From: Nitrospirota bacterium
GTDB taxonomy: Bacteria; Nitrospirota; UBA9217
Direction: 5' to 3'
Length of the DNA: 64,000 nt
NCBI GenBank assembly: GCA_963663225.1
Contig: OY760142.1
Coordinates: 1,408,001 to 1,472,000 of the forward strand
The stretch's first letter is position 1. Each line of letters starts with the position of its first letter. Under the pieces are notes generated by a model. It saw only the letters and a list, made by a program, of their open reading frames with translations, was not told the origin of the DNA and ran no database searches. Both the position numbers and the translations under genes were made by a program. Positions 19,941 through 29,953 of this stretch are shown here, piece by piece.

Positions 19941-20585
19941 ATGAGCGATGTTCAGACGCAGCTGTTCTCGAGGTTTGGAAAAAAGTTTCCGGCCAACACA
20001 GTGCTTTTCCACGAAGGGGACCGTGGCGAGGACATGTACATTATCCAGTCCGGAAAGGTCAAGATCAGCAAGCGCATCCGCGGAGTGGAAAAAACGCTTG
20101 CCACCCTGGAAAAAGGGGAGTTTCTGGGCGAAATGGCCATTTTGAACGACAAGCCCCGTTCAGCGACCGCGGAGACGATCGAGGATTGTGATATGCTTGT
20201 GATCGACCGGAAAACGTTTGATTCCCTGATCCGCGGCAATGCGGAGATTGCGATGCGGTTTATCAAAAAACTTGCCGACCGGCTCCGTGAAGCCAATGAG
20301 CAGATGGAAGCCCTGATGATAAAAGACAACACCAGCCGGCTGATGAGCATTCTTGCACGGTCGGTGCGGGAACACAAAAAAGCAGGCGAGTATGGCATAA
20401 CAATTGAGGAACTCGCGGGACTTGCCGGAATCGATGCTTCGCATGCACGGTCAATCCTGGAAAAACTGGCGAGCGTCAGGATTCTCGAAGTGTCCGGCGA
20501 CAGGGTCCTGATAAAAAATCAGGAACAGGTGGACAGGCTCCTGCGCTATCTTGAGATGCGGGAAATTTTCGGGGAAATGTCATAA
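19941..20585 (+). CDS. Crp-family cyclic-nucleotide-binding protein
   Basis: cNMP pocket FLGEMAIL..PRSATA; C-terminal winged-HTH-like segment. Confidence 0.85.
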   Translation: MSDVQTQLFSRFGKKFPANTVLFHEGDRGEDMYIIQSGKVKISKRIRGVEKTLATLEKGEFLGEMAILNDKPRSATAETIEDCDMLVIDRKTFDSLIRGNAEIAMRFIKKLADRLREANEQMEALMIKDNTSRLMSILARSVREHKKAGEYGITIEELAGLAGIDASHARSILEKLASVRILEVSGDRVLIKNQEQVDRLLRYLEMREIFGEMS

Positions 20586-20622
20586 CGGCTGAATGATCAG
20601 TCAACTCACGCTGGAGTAACAT

Positions 20623-22521
20623 ATGAAACTGAACACGGGGAAAAAAGCAGGCGTTGTTATTGCGGTGATTGTGGCTCTTACGCTGTCAATCATGAATCAA
20701 GGCGCGGTGCGATTCTTTGAAGTGCTCGAAGAAAAAACCCTGGACATGCGGTTTCAGTTCAGGGGCAAAATCAACCCCGGACCGGAAACGGTGATCGCGG
20801 CAATCGATGAGAAAAGCATCAAGGAACTGGGACGTTTTCCGTGGCCGCGCTCGGTATGGGGCCGCGTGGTGGACCGCCTGACAGAAGACGGAGCAAAGGT
20901 CATCGTATTTGACGTGTTCTTTACGGAAACGGAGAACGTGGAATCCGATGACTTGTTTCAGCAATCCATCAGGAGAAGCGGGCGCGTGGTTTTGCCTGTG
21001 GTCTTTGATCTGATCGGAAAATACAAGGAAACCGGTTTTACGGACAAGAAACTGGATTTTATGGCCCCTTCCGCGTACAGAGTCATAAAGAACAACGATG
21101 CGCCGTTCAGCCCCATCTCGGCAACCATGGTTCTTCCCACCTTGGTCAGATTTTCCGCATTTGCCAAATCGATCGCTCACATTAATATGATTTCCGACCG
21201 GGACGGCACGCTGCGGTGGGAGATGCTGGCCATTGATTATCAAGGCGAGTATTATGCGCCCATCGGCATTCAGGCCGCCCGGATTTACCTTGATTTAAAG
21301 CCGGAAGAGCTTTCGCTGGATTATTCCGGGGCCGTCCGGCTCGGGAACATCGCGATACCAACGGACGAATACGGCCGCATGCTGATTAATTATCGCGGTC
21401 CGAACAACACATTTCCGATGTATGCAGTCTCCGATATCCTTGACCGCAAAACGCCGCCCGGAACCTTCAAGGACAAAATAGTTCTCATTGGTGCGACTGC
21501 TCTCGGGATCTACGATCTTCGGGTGACGCCGTTTTCCACCCACATGGCGGGGATTGAAAAGCATGCGAGTGTGGTAGACAACATACTGCGCAGGGATTTC
21601 ATCCGGCAAAGCGAGACAGCCGTCATCGTGCTCATTTTTCTCTTCGCACTCGTGCTCGGCATAGCCCTGCCCCGCCTCGGCGCCGGGGCGGGTGTCGCGC
21701 TGTTTCTTTGCCTGTTCATCGGATACTTGGGATTTGTTTACTATCTGTTCGCAGTGCAAGGGATATGGTTCAATCTTGTGTATCCGGCATCTGCGATTTT
21801 GTTTGGATACACGAGCCTGACTGCATACCGGTTCTTCACCGAGGAGCGCCGCGCACGCGAGATCCGGGCCATGTTTTCGAGTTATGTGTCGAAGCGAATC
21901 GTGGATGAACTCATCCGAGACCCGAGCAAAGCAAAACTCGGCGGCGATCGAAAAGAGATCACCGTGCTGTTTTCAGACATCCGGGGCTTCACCACGTTCT
22001 CCGAGCAGCACCAGCCAGAAGAAGTGGTTTCTTTGCTGAATGAATATCTGGGCGCCATGACCAATATTGTGTTTGAACATGAAGGCACGCTGGACAAATT
22101 CATCGGCGATGCCATTATGGCACTCTGGGGCGCTCCTGTCGGGCAGCCCGACCATGCGGAACGCGCGTGCCGGTGCGCCCTTGCCATGATTGAGAAACTG
22201 AAGGAACTGCAGAAAAAATGGGCGAATGAAGGCAAATATGTGATTGACATCGGGATTGGAATCAACACCGGCGGCATGGTGGTCGGCAACATGGGAGCCG
22301 AAGGCAAGAAAATGGACTACACCGTGATCGGGGACAATGTGAACCTCGGCGCCCGCCTGGAAAGCTTGACAAGGCAATATAATAGTCATATCATCATTTC
22401 CGAATCCACCTATGCACAGGTCAAGAACATCGTTGAAGCACAGGAACTGGGCTCGGTAACCGTCAAAGGCAAACAGCGGCCGGTCGTGATTTATAATCTG
22501 CTCGGCCTCAAAAAGCAGTAA
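20623..22521 (+). CDS. CHASE2-domain class III adenylate cyclase
   Basis: CHASE2 (IDEKS..GRFPWPR), TM helices, FSDIRGFT, DKFIGDA, DYTVIGDNVNLGARLE. Confidence 0.92.
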   Translation: MKLNTGKKAGVVIAVIVALTLSIMNQGAVRFFEVLEEKTLDMRFQFRGKINPGPETVIAAIDEKSIKELGRFPWPRSVWGRVVDRLTEDGAKVIVFDVFFTETENVESDDLFQQSIRRSGRVVLPVVFDLIGKYKETGFTDKKLDFMAPSAYRVIKNNDAPFSPISATMVLPTLVRFSAFAKSIAHINMISDRDGTLRWEMLAIDYQGEYYAPIGIQAARIYLDLKPEELSLDYSGAVRLGNIAIPTDEYGRMLINYRGPNNTFPMYAVSDILDRKTPPGTFKDKIVLIGATALGIYDLRVTPFSTHMAGIEKHASVVDNILRRDFIRQSETAVIVLIFLFALVLGIALPRLGAGAGVALFLCLFIGYLGFVYYLFAVQGIWFNLVYPASAILFGYTSLTAYRFFTEERRAREIRAMFSSYVSKRIVDELIRDPSKAKLGGDRKEITVLFSDIRGFTTFSEQHQPEEVVSLLNEYLGAMTNIVFEHEGTLDKFIGDAIMALWGAPVGQPDHAERACRCALAMIEKLKELQKKWANEGKYVIDIGIGINTGGMVVGNMGAEGKKMDYTVIGDNVNLGARLESLTRQYNSHIIISESTYAQVKNIVEAQELGSVTVKGKQRPVVIYNLLGLKKQ

Positions 22522-22594
22522 AAGATGCACCGGGTAATTGCACTTGTTTTTTTGGAAAGATGCATGCGATGTCTATGAAAACGAAGGAGGGTGA

Positions 22595-23371
22595 ATGAAG
22601 GTAAAAGTTCTGGGGTGCTCTGGCTCTGAGGCTGTCGGCCACAATCCACCCGGCTTTCTGGTGAATGACGTAATGATGCTGGACGCAGGCACGATTACCG
22701 GCGCGCTGAGCATTGATGCTCAGGCAAAAATAACCGATGTCCTCATCAGCCATACTCACCTTGATCATATTAAATCCCTCCTTTTTCTGGCGGACAATAT
22801 TATCGGACATATCGAAAAATCCGTGCAGGTAAGGGCCATACCGGAGGTAATAGAGGCTATTCAGAAACATCTTATGAACAACATCATCTGGCCTGACTTC
22901 ACCAGGATCCCCCTGGTAAAAAATCCAAAAAACGGGGTGCTGGCCTACGCCCCGATGCCGGTGGGTGAAGCGGTTCCCGTTGCCGGTCTGCGCGTGAAGG
23001 CAATTCCCATGAATCATCCTGTTCCTGCAGTCGGCTTCCTCGTATCTGACGGCACAACGTCTTTCCTGTACAGCGCGGACACAGGCCCGAACGAAGGACT
23101 CTGGAAAGAGGCCGCCCATGCGAAAAACCTGTCTTCAATTATTGTCGATACGTCGTTTCCGAACAGCCTCGACGGCATTGCGAATGCAAGCGGCCATTTC
23201 ACGCCGGCGCAGCTGCACCGCGACCTCAGCGATGCGCAGGTTGCCCTGAACGTTCCGATTTATATTTACCATATTAAGCCGGTATATCAGAAAAAAGTGA
23301 TCAGCGACCTGCGTGCACTCGGGCGGAAAAATGTAAAAATTTTGAGAGAGGGAAAAACCTATTCATTCTGA
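22595..23371 (+). CDS. Class II cAMP phosphodiesterase (metallo-beta-lactamase fold)
   Basis: VLGCSG, DAGT, SHTHLDH, NNIIWPDF, ADTGP, YHIKP. Confidence 0.85.
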   Translation: MKVKVLGCSGSEAVGHNPPGFLVNDVMMLDAGTITGALSIDAQAKITDVLISHTHLDHIKSLLFLADNIIGHIEKSVQVRAIPEVIEAIQKHLMNNIIWPDFTRIPLVKNPKNGVLAYAPMPVGEAVPVAGLRVKAIPMNHPVPAVGFLVSDGTTSFLYSADTGPNEGLWKEAAHAKNLSSIIVDTSFPNSLDGIANASGHFTPAQLHRDLSDAQVALNVPIYIYHIKPVYQKKVISDLRALGRKNVKILREGKTYSF

Positions 23372-23428
23372 TATATCGCCGGCAGTGTTTGCAGCGTGAT
23401 CGTTGGGAAGTGGTTTTAAAGGAGATTT

Positions 23429-24271
23429 ATGGCTTGGTTTAAGAAGGAAAAATCCGCAGATGCTTCACCGAAAACGCCTCCTAAAAAGGTAAAAATTCCG
23501 GAGGGGCTTTGGGTCAAGTGCGATAACTGCAAAGAAATTATTTACCGCAAAGAAGTGGAAAAAAACCTCAAGGTTTGTCCTAAATGCGACTATCATTTCC
23601 GGATCACCGCTTCTGAACGGCTTTTGTATCTTGTGGACGAGGGAAGTTTTCTGGAGGTTGAGGACGGATTGTCTCCCCGGGATTTTCTCGGGTTTAAAGA
23701 CTATAAAGACAAGTTGAAGAGCCATCGCAAAAAAACCGGACTAAAAGACGCCCTTATCTCCGGTGAGGGCAGGATCGGCGGAAGGCCCGTTTCCCTGGTT
23801 GTCATGGAGTTCACCTTTATGGGCGGGAGCATGGGCTCCGTGGTGGGAGAAAAAATCGTACGCGCGGTTGAGCGCTCCATCGAAAAGAAGATCCCCCTGA
23901 TAGCAGTGTCCTGCTCCGGCGGCGCGCGCATGCAGGAAGGAATCCTTTCGCTCATGCAGATGGCGAAAACCTCAGCGGCAATGGCCCGACTGAGCGAAGC
24001 AGGCCTGCCATTTATTTCCGTGCTTACTGATCCGACTTTCGGCGGGGTCACGGCCAGCTTTTCCATGCTCGGTGACATCATTATTGCGGAGCCCCGCAGC
24101 CTTATCGGATTTGCGGGACCCCGCGTGATAGAGCAGACAATCAAACAGCAGCTGCCTCCCGGGTTTCAGCGCGCTGAGTTTTTGCTTGAGCACGGGATGA
24201 TCGACATGATTGTACCCAGACGGGAATTGCATGCCACGCTGGGCAAGATCCTGGATTTCTTTGCAGCCTGA
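23429..24271 (+). CDS. accD: Acetyl-CoA carboxylase carboxyltransferase beta
   Basis: Zn-ribbon Cys pairs, [23 protein letters not shown]. Confidence 0.95.
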   Translation: MAWFKKEKSADASPKTPPKKVKIPEGLWVKCDNCKEIIYRKEVEKNLKVCPKCDYHFRITASERLLYLVDEGSFLEVEDGLSPRDFLGFKDYKDKLKSHRKKTGLKDALISGEGRIGGRPVSLVVMEFTFMGGSMGSVVGEKIVRAVERSIEKKIPLIAVSCSGGARMQEGILSLMQMAKTSAAMARLSEAGLPFISVLTDPTFGGVTASFSMLGDIIIAEPRSLIGFAGPRVIEQTIKQQLPPGFQRAEFLLEHGMIDMIVPRRELHATLGKILDFFAA

Positions 24272-24283
24272 TTTCCGCACGCA

Positions 24284-24502
24284 ATGGGTGATATCGCAAA
24301 GATTTTGATTATTCTGGGCATTGTTCTCCTTGCTGCCGGGCTTCTGCTGATTGGTTTTCAGAAGCTCCCTTTCTTAGGAAAGCTTCCCGGAGATATTTTT
24401 ATCAAACGGGAAAATTTTACGTTTTATTTTCCGCTGACTACTGGCATTTTCATCAGTATTATAATCAGCCTTATTCTGTATGTTCTAGGTAGATTTCGGT
24501 AG
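24284..24502 (+). CDS. DUF2905-like small membrane protein
   Basis: LGKLPGDI...FYFPL between two TM helices. Confidence 0.85.
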   Translation: MGDIAKILIILGIVLLAAGLLLIGFQKLPFLGKLPGDIFIKRENFTFYFPLTTGIFISIIISLILYVLGRFR

Positions 24503-24619
24503 CCGGCAGTGCCCGGTGGTTACGACGCAACACTTCCCTATAATATATATCCACGGGCGGCACCGTAAGGACTTTTCGTTACTAGTGCGCATCGTCAATG
24601 GACGGAAATGAGGTATATC

Positions 24620-25522
24620 ATGGATCGCAGAAAATTTCTGAAATTTGCCGCGCTGGCAGGCGCAGGGCTCTCGTTCCCGCACGGGCTCGGCAAAATCGTC
24701 GGCGCAGGAGAGTTGTCAGCACAACCTGATCTTGTGGTTGCACACGGGTCCTCCCCTGAGAGAAATGTAAAAGCCGCTATTGATGCCATGGGCGGGATAC
24801 GAAAATTCATATCACGCGGCGACGTGGTCGTGATCAAACCGAACATCGGCTGGGACAGGACGCCGGAGCAGGCGGGATGCACCAATCCCGATGTTGTCGC
24901 AGCCATGGTGAAGCTCTGTCTTGAGGGCGGAGCAAAAAAAGTGAAGGTGTTCGACCGGTCGGTAAATGACCCGCGACGGTGTTATGTCCAGAGCGGCATT
25001 GCGCCCGCCGCCCGCGCCGCAGGCGCCGAAGTGAGCTACATCGATGAGCGTAAATTCAGGGATGTGGCGCTGAACGGGGACACGCTCAAGTCATGGCCGC
25101 TCTATACAGACATCCTTGAAGCGGACAAAGTGATCAACATCCCCATCGCGAAACACCACGGCCTCTCCAAGCTTACGTTGTCTCTGAAAAACTGGATGGG
25201 GATCATGGGCGGCCCGCGAAACCAGATTCACCAGAAGCTTGACGGAAGTCTGGTGGATATTGCCAGAAAAATCCGTCCGGCGCTCACGATGCTCGATGCA
25301 GTGCGGATTCTTACCGCCAACGGGCCCCAGGGAGGAAATCCCGCCGACGTGAAGAAGCTCGATACGATTATTGTCGGTCTGGATCAGGTCGCTGTCGATG
25401 CCTACGGTGCAACGCTGTTCGGAATGAAGGGAAGCGATCTCGGATATGTACGGATGGGCGACAAAATGGGGTTGGGAACGATGAATTTGCAAAAGCTGAA
25501 AATCCGGAAACTGTCGGCGTAG
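24620..25522 (+). CDS. Tat-exported DUF362 protein
   Basis: MDRRKFLK signal; VVIKPNI, TNPDVV, INIPIAKHH, LKNWMG. Confidence 0.85.
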   Translation: MDRRKFLKFAALAGAGLSFPHGLGKIVGAGELSAQPDLVVAHGSSPERNVKAAIDAMGGIRKFISRGDVVVIKPNIGWDRTPEQAGCTNPDVVAAMVKLCLEGGAKKVKVFDRSVNDPRRCYVQSGIAPAARAAGAEVSYIDERKFRDVALNGDTLKSWPLYTDILEADKVINIPIAKHHGLSKLTLSLKNWMGIMGGPRNQIHQKLDGSLVDIARKIRPALTMLDAVRILTANGPQGGNPADVKKLDTIIVGLDQVAVDAYGATLFGMKGSDLGYVRMGDKMGLGTMNLQKLKIRKLSA

Positions 25523-25614
25523 CAAGACTGCGCAACATCTGATTCCGGCACCTGGTTCCTCAACCGGAGCTAAAACAAAGACTACATGACATCGTATCCG
25601 CCGAGAAAAAGCAT

Positions 25615-27171
25615 ATGAAATTTTTTACCATGCAAAATATCCGCCGCATAACGCAGGGGTTTTTTCTGCTTCTGTTTCTTTTTTTGTTTGTCCAGACCGA
25701 GTCAAAAGGAAACGACGACCTCGGATATCCCGTGCGGCTGTTCCTGGATTTTGATCCGTTGATCTTTTTCACGACGCTGCTGTCATCCCATGCCGTTGCT
25801 AAGGCGTTTGTGCTTTCCCTTATCACGGTCGTTCTTACCGTTTTTCTTGGAAGAGTTTTTTGCGGATGGGTCTGTCCTCTCGGCACTCTTCATAATCTGG
25901 TCGGATCGATTCGGCGGAAGCCGCCGGCAGGGATGTATGAACACTGGTTTCACGTAAAGTATTATATCCTCATTGCCACGCTTGCTTCTGCGCTGTTTAC
26001 ACTGCAACCGGTCGGCATCATGGACCCTCTCTCGCTGCTTATCCGGTCTTTTTCCGTGAGCATATTCCCACTGTTCAACTACACCATCCGCTCCATATTT
26101 GATACGATTTATTCGGCAAATCCCCTTGATGTCGCGGTTGCAACAGAGCCGCTCTATGCTGTGATGAAAAAAACCGTGCTTACCTTTGAGCAGTCATTTT
26201 ACAACCAGAGCGTGTTTATCGGTCTGCTCTTTGGGGCAATTCTCGCCTTAAACTTTGTTGAAAAACGGTTCTGGTGCAAGTACCTTTGTCCGCTTGGGGC
26301 GTTGCTTGGTATTGTATCCCGGTATTCGTTCCTGAAGCTGTCAGTGAGCGAAGGATGCACGTCATGCAGCGAGTGCGCAACCGTCTGTCAGGGAAACGCA
26401 CAGCCTCATGTGAAGGACCATTGGCGCAGCTCCGAGTGCCTGGTATGCAAAAACTGCGACGACATCTGCCCTCAGAACGCCGTAGGATCAGCACTTTCAA
26501 TACAACCGGCCGCCATGACGATTGACCTGAGCAGAAGGCGCATTCTTACTTCTGCGATAGCAGGTGTGGCGGCTGTTCCGCTTGTGCGCATAACACCCGG
26601 CATCAAAGCAGGGACCCAGGAGCCCGCCTTGCTCAGGCCTCCGGGAGCGATCGATGAAAAGGAATTCTTAAAGCGGTGCGTCAAATGCGGAGAGTGCATG
26701 AAAGTGTGTATTACGAACGGCCTGCAGCCGACGTTGTTCGAGGCAGGCGTAGAAGGCATCTGGACGCCGACGCTTGTGCCGAGGATCGGATACTGCGAGT
26801 ATCGGTGCACGCTGTGCGGGCAGGTCTGCCCGACAGATGCGATTAAAAAGCTTCCCCTGCAGGAAAAAATGAAGGTAAAAATCGGCCTGGCCATGATTGA
26901 TCCGGGCCGGTGTCTGCCCTGGGCGCATGCACGGCCCTGCATTGTCTGTGAAGAGGTATGTCCAACACCGAAAAAAGCGATCTGGTTTGAAGAAAAGCGG
27001 GTGCGTGACCGGACCGGAAAAATCGTGATTTTGAAACAGCCTCACGTGGACCTCGATCTTTGCATTGGATGCGGCATATGCGAAACGAAATGTCCTGTGC
27101 TCGGCAAGCCGGCGATCTATGTAATAAATGTGGGGGAAAGCCGATCGAAAGAAAATCAATTATTGTTGTAG
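25615..27171 (+). CDS. Membrane polyferredoxin (NapH/MauN-like plus NapG/MauM-like fusion)
   Basis: Two CxxxCP motifs, multiple CxxCxxCxxxC motifs, internal SRRRIL and RPPGA. Confidence 0.85.
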   Translation: MKFFTMQNIRRITQGFFLLLFLFLFVQTESKGNDDLGYPVRLFLDFDPLIFFTTLLSSHAVAKAFVLSLITVVLTVFLGRVFCGWVCPLGTLHNLVGSIRRKPPAGMYEHWFHVKYYILIATLASALFTLQPVGIMDPLSLLIRSFSVSIFPLFNYTIRSIFDTIYSANPLDVAVATEPLYAVMKKTVLTFEQSFYNQSVFIGLLFGAILALNFVEKRFWCKYLCPLGALLGIVSRYSFLKLSVSEGCTSCSECATVCQGNAQPHVKDHWRSSECLVCKNCDDICPQNAVGSALSIQPAAMTIDLSRRRILTSAIAGVAAVPLVRITPGIKAGTQEPALLRPPGAIDEKEFLKRCVKCGECMKVCITNGLQPTLFEAGVEGIWTPTLVPRIGYCEYRCTLCGQVCPTDAIKKLPLQEKMKVKIGLAMIDPGRCLPWAHARPCIVCEEVCPTPKKAIWFEEKRVRDRTGKIVILKQPHVDLDLCIGCGICETKCPVLGKPAIYVINVGESRSKENQLLL

Positions 27172-27205
27172 CCGCAGGTGCGCGCCGATCCCTGATAATC
27201 CGTCC

Positions 27206-28297
27206 TTATGAAACTGTGGTAAATCCCATCGCCTCCGCCAGCGTCTTGTTCATAATCCTGCCGCGGTAGGTATTCAATGCGGTTCTGATAATGGGGTCCC
27301 CCTGAACGGTTTTTTTTATGCCTGTTCTCGCAAGAGCCATAATATACGGGAGCGTTGCATTGGTAAGGGCGAGCGTTGAGGTATGCGGGTACGCACCGGG
27401 CATATTTGCAACGCAGTAATGGATGATGCCGTCGACTTCATACACCGGGTCGTCATGCGTTGTCGGTCTTGATGTTTCCGTGCACCCGCCCTGGTCTATT
27501 GAGACATCTACGATCACCGAGCCTTTTTTCATTGTCCGAAGCATCTGCCTGGCGATTAAAACAGGCGTTTTACCTCCCGGCACGAGTACGGCACCGACAA
27601 CAATATCAGCAGTCCGTATCTCCTCCGCGATAGTGCGTGCAGTCGCAGGCGCTGTCATAACCAGGCCCTGGAAGAGTTCATCGATTTTTTGGAGTCGTAT
27701 CAGGTCATTGTCCACGACCATGGTTTTCATGCCGAGGTTTGATGCCACGCGCGCAGCGTTTCTTCCTACGACGCCTCCTCCGAGGATCACCGCGGCCGCA
27801 GACTTTACGCCGCTTGCACCGGTGGCGAGAATGCCGGATCCCCCCTTGAATTTCTGCAGATAATAGGCTCCCATGAGCGGAGCCATCCTGCCTGCAATCT
27901 CGCTCATGGGCGCAAGCAGGGGCAAAGAATCGCCCTTGGTCAGCGTCTCGTATCCAAGAGCGGTCACTTTTTTCCTGAGAAGTTCCTCGGTCAGCTTCGG
28001 ATTCGGCGCGAGATGAAGATATGTAAAAAGACACTGTCCATTTCTCAGAAAGCCGTATTCCTCAGGGAGAGGTTCTTTTACTTTCACGATGAGTTCTGCC
28101 TGGCCAAAAAGCCTGCCTTTATCTACAATATAAGCGCCAGCTGTTCGGTATTCATCATCCAGGAACCCGCTGCCAGCGCCGGCATCGGCCTCGATGAGGA
28201 CGGTATGACCGGCATGTATCAGGTCTTGGACACCAAAAGGCGTTATTCCTACCCGGCATTCTTCCTGCTTGATCTCTTTTGGAGTTCCTATGATCAT
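27206..28297 (-). CDS. ald: Alanine dehydrogenase
   Basis: PKEIK, KVKEP, FTYLHLA, PMSEIAGR, IDQGG, VANMPGA. Confidence 0.93.
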   Translation of the reverse strand: MIIGTPKEIKQEECRVGITPFGVQDLIHAGHTVLIEADAGAGSGFLDDEYRTAGAYIVDKGRLFGQAELIVKVKEPLPEEYGFLRNGQCLFTYLHLAPNPKLTEELLRKKVTALGYETLTKGDSLPLLAPMSEIAGRMAPLMGAYYLQKFKGGSGILATGASGVKSAAAVILGGGVVGRNAARVASNLGMKTMVVDNDLIRLQKIDELFQGLVMTAPATARTIAEEIRTADIVVGAVLVPGGKTPVLIARQMLRTMKKGSVIVDVSIDQGGCTETSRPTTHDDPVYEVDGIIHYCVANMPGAYPHTSTLALTNATLPYIMALARTGIKKTVQGDPIIRTALNTYRGRIMNKTLAEAMGFTTVS

Positions 28298-28516
28298 GTC
28301 TGTCGTCCTCCGCTTAAATAAAATTTATCATGCATTGTGCCGGAATTCAATCCCTGCGACAGGGAATTCCCCGACTCTCATCGCGCAAAATATAGTGAGT
28401 CGCGGACAGCCGCTCTGTAGACAGCGCCTTTCGGCCCCTGCCGTCATAAACAGATTGACAGAAAAAACAGTTTTGGGTAGTATGATCGGTCTGAATGAGA
28501 ATGCTGGAGGTATTTT

Positions 28517-29056
28517 ATGGCTGAAGAAAAAAAAGAACCATGGTTGAATTATCTTGCGCTTACCACGGTCGTGTTTGCCGTCTGCGCAACACTCGCAACG
28601 CTGAAGGGCGGGGGGTACTCAACAAAGGCTGTCATATCCCAGGCGCAGGCGTCTGATCAATGGGCATATTATCAGGCCAAAAGCATAAAGGGCTATGTTT
28701 ACGATCTGCAAAAGGAAAAATTCGAAGTGGATCTCAGGGCAATGAAAGCAGGAGCGGCCCCCGCACTGGCGGTGGATTACAAAAAAAGAATCGAAGGGTA
28801 TGGCCAGAAAATTAAAAAATATGATGAGGAAAAAGCGGAGATCATGAAAAAGGCGCACGAGCTTGAAGCGACCCGCGATGTGGCCCAGAAACATGCCGGT
28901 GCCTTTGGTCTGGCCGCCATGTTTCTCCAGATAGCAATTCTTCTATCGTCCATCGCGGCTCTGATGAAGCAGAAATATTTTTGGCTTATAGGAATGAGCT
29001 CCGGTGTCATTGGTCTTGTATATTTTTTTAATGGCTTCTTTTTGTTTCTTAAGTAG
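28517..29056 (+). CDS. DUF4337-like membrane protein
   Basis: ASDQWAYYQAKSIK and LQIAILLSSI motifs; GGAGG SD. Confidence 0.8.
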   Translation: MAEEKKEPWLNYLALTTVVFAVCATLATLKGGGYSTKAVISQAQASDQWAYYQAKSIKGYVYDLQKEKFEVDLRAMKAGAAPALAVDYKKRIEGYGQKIKKYDEEKAEIMKKAHELEATRDVAQKHAGAFGLAAMFLQIAILLSSIAALMKQKYFWLIGMSSGVIGLVYFFNGFFLFLK

Positions 29057-29153
29057 CGAATGCTTGACAGCTGGTTCATGAACGTCAGAGTTCTCAACTT
29101 CAACGGTTGCTGTGCGAGACGAATTTTCTGAGCTCGGATATGAGGAAATTACC

Positions 29154-29894
29154 ATGAAACGATTCAAATGGCAGATTACGCTTGGTGTGTTGTTGATTGT
29201 TATGGCGGCCGCTATCTATGGGTTACAGATATTGATTTTTCACAACGCGCATGAAACCTTTTTTCTTATTTTCCAGGATCTCGCTTTTATGCCGGTCCAT
29301 TTTCTGATTATTACCCTTATCGTCGACCAGTTACTGAACGTGCGTGAAAAACGCGCCATGATGAACAAAATGAACATGGCGATCGGCGTGTTCTTCAGTG
29401 AAGTGGGTACGTATCTTCTGAAATCGATTTCCGGTTTTGATCAGAACATTGAAAAGATAAGAAATGACCTTCTGGTCACTCCCGAATGGACGGACCAGCG
29501 GTTTTCCACTACCATAAACAATCTCCACCAGTATAATTATCATATCAACTATGCAAAGAATGAAATGGTGTCGCTCAAGGACTTTTTGAGTGCAAAACGT
29601 GATTTTTTGCTGCGGGTCCTGGAAAATCCGAACCTCCTCGAACACGAAACGTTTACCGAACTGTTGTGGGCGGTTTTTCATTTAAGCGAGGAACTGGCTG
29701 TTCGACAAGACCTTTTGAACCTGCCGGAGGAAGATGAAAACCACCTTGCCGGAGACGTACGGCGTGCCTATATTGGCCTTATCACACAATGGCTTGCCTA
29801 CATGAGGCACCTGAAAAAAGAATACCCCTATCTTTTCTCACTCGCTTTGAGAATGAACCCGTTTGACCCGAACGCTTCCGTTACAGTAAAATAG
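29154..29894 (+). CDS. Conserved hypothetical membrane protein
   Basis: Two TM helices followed by LLENPNLLEHE.FT.LLWAVFHL.EEL-like motif. Confidence 0.75.
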   Translation: MKRFKWQITLGVLLIVMAAAIYGLQILIFHNAHETFFLIFQDLAFMPVHFLIITLIVDQLLNVREKRAMMNKMNMAIGVFFSEVGTYLLKSISGFDQNIEKIRNDLLVTPEWTDQRFSTTINNLHQYNYHINYAKNEMVSLKDFLSAKRDFLLRVLENPNLLEHETFTELLWAVFHLSEELAVRQDLLNLPEEDENHLAGDVRRAYIGLITQWLAYMRHLKKEYPYLFSLALRMNPFDPNASVTVK

Positions 29895-29953
29895 TTACTG
29901 CATCCGTCGCGGGAACAGCCTGTCCAAAGCATTATCCTCAGGAGGAGAATATA

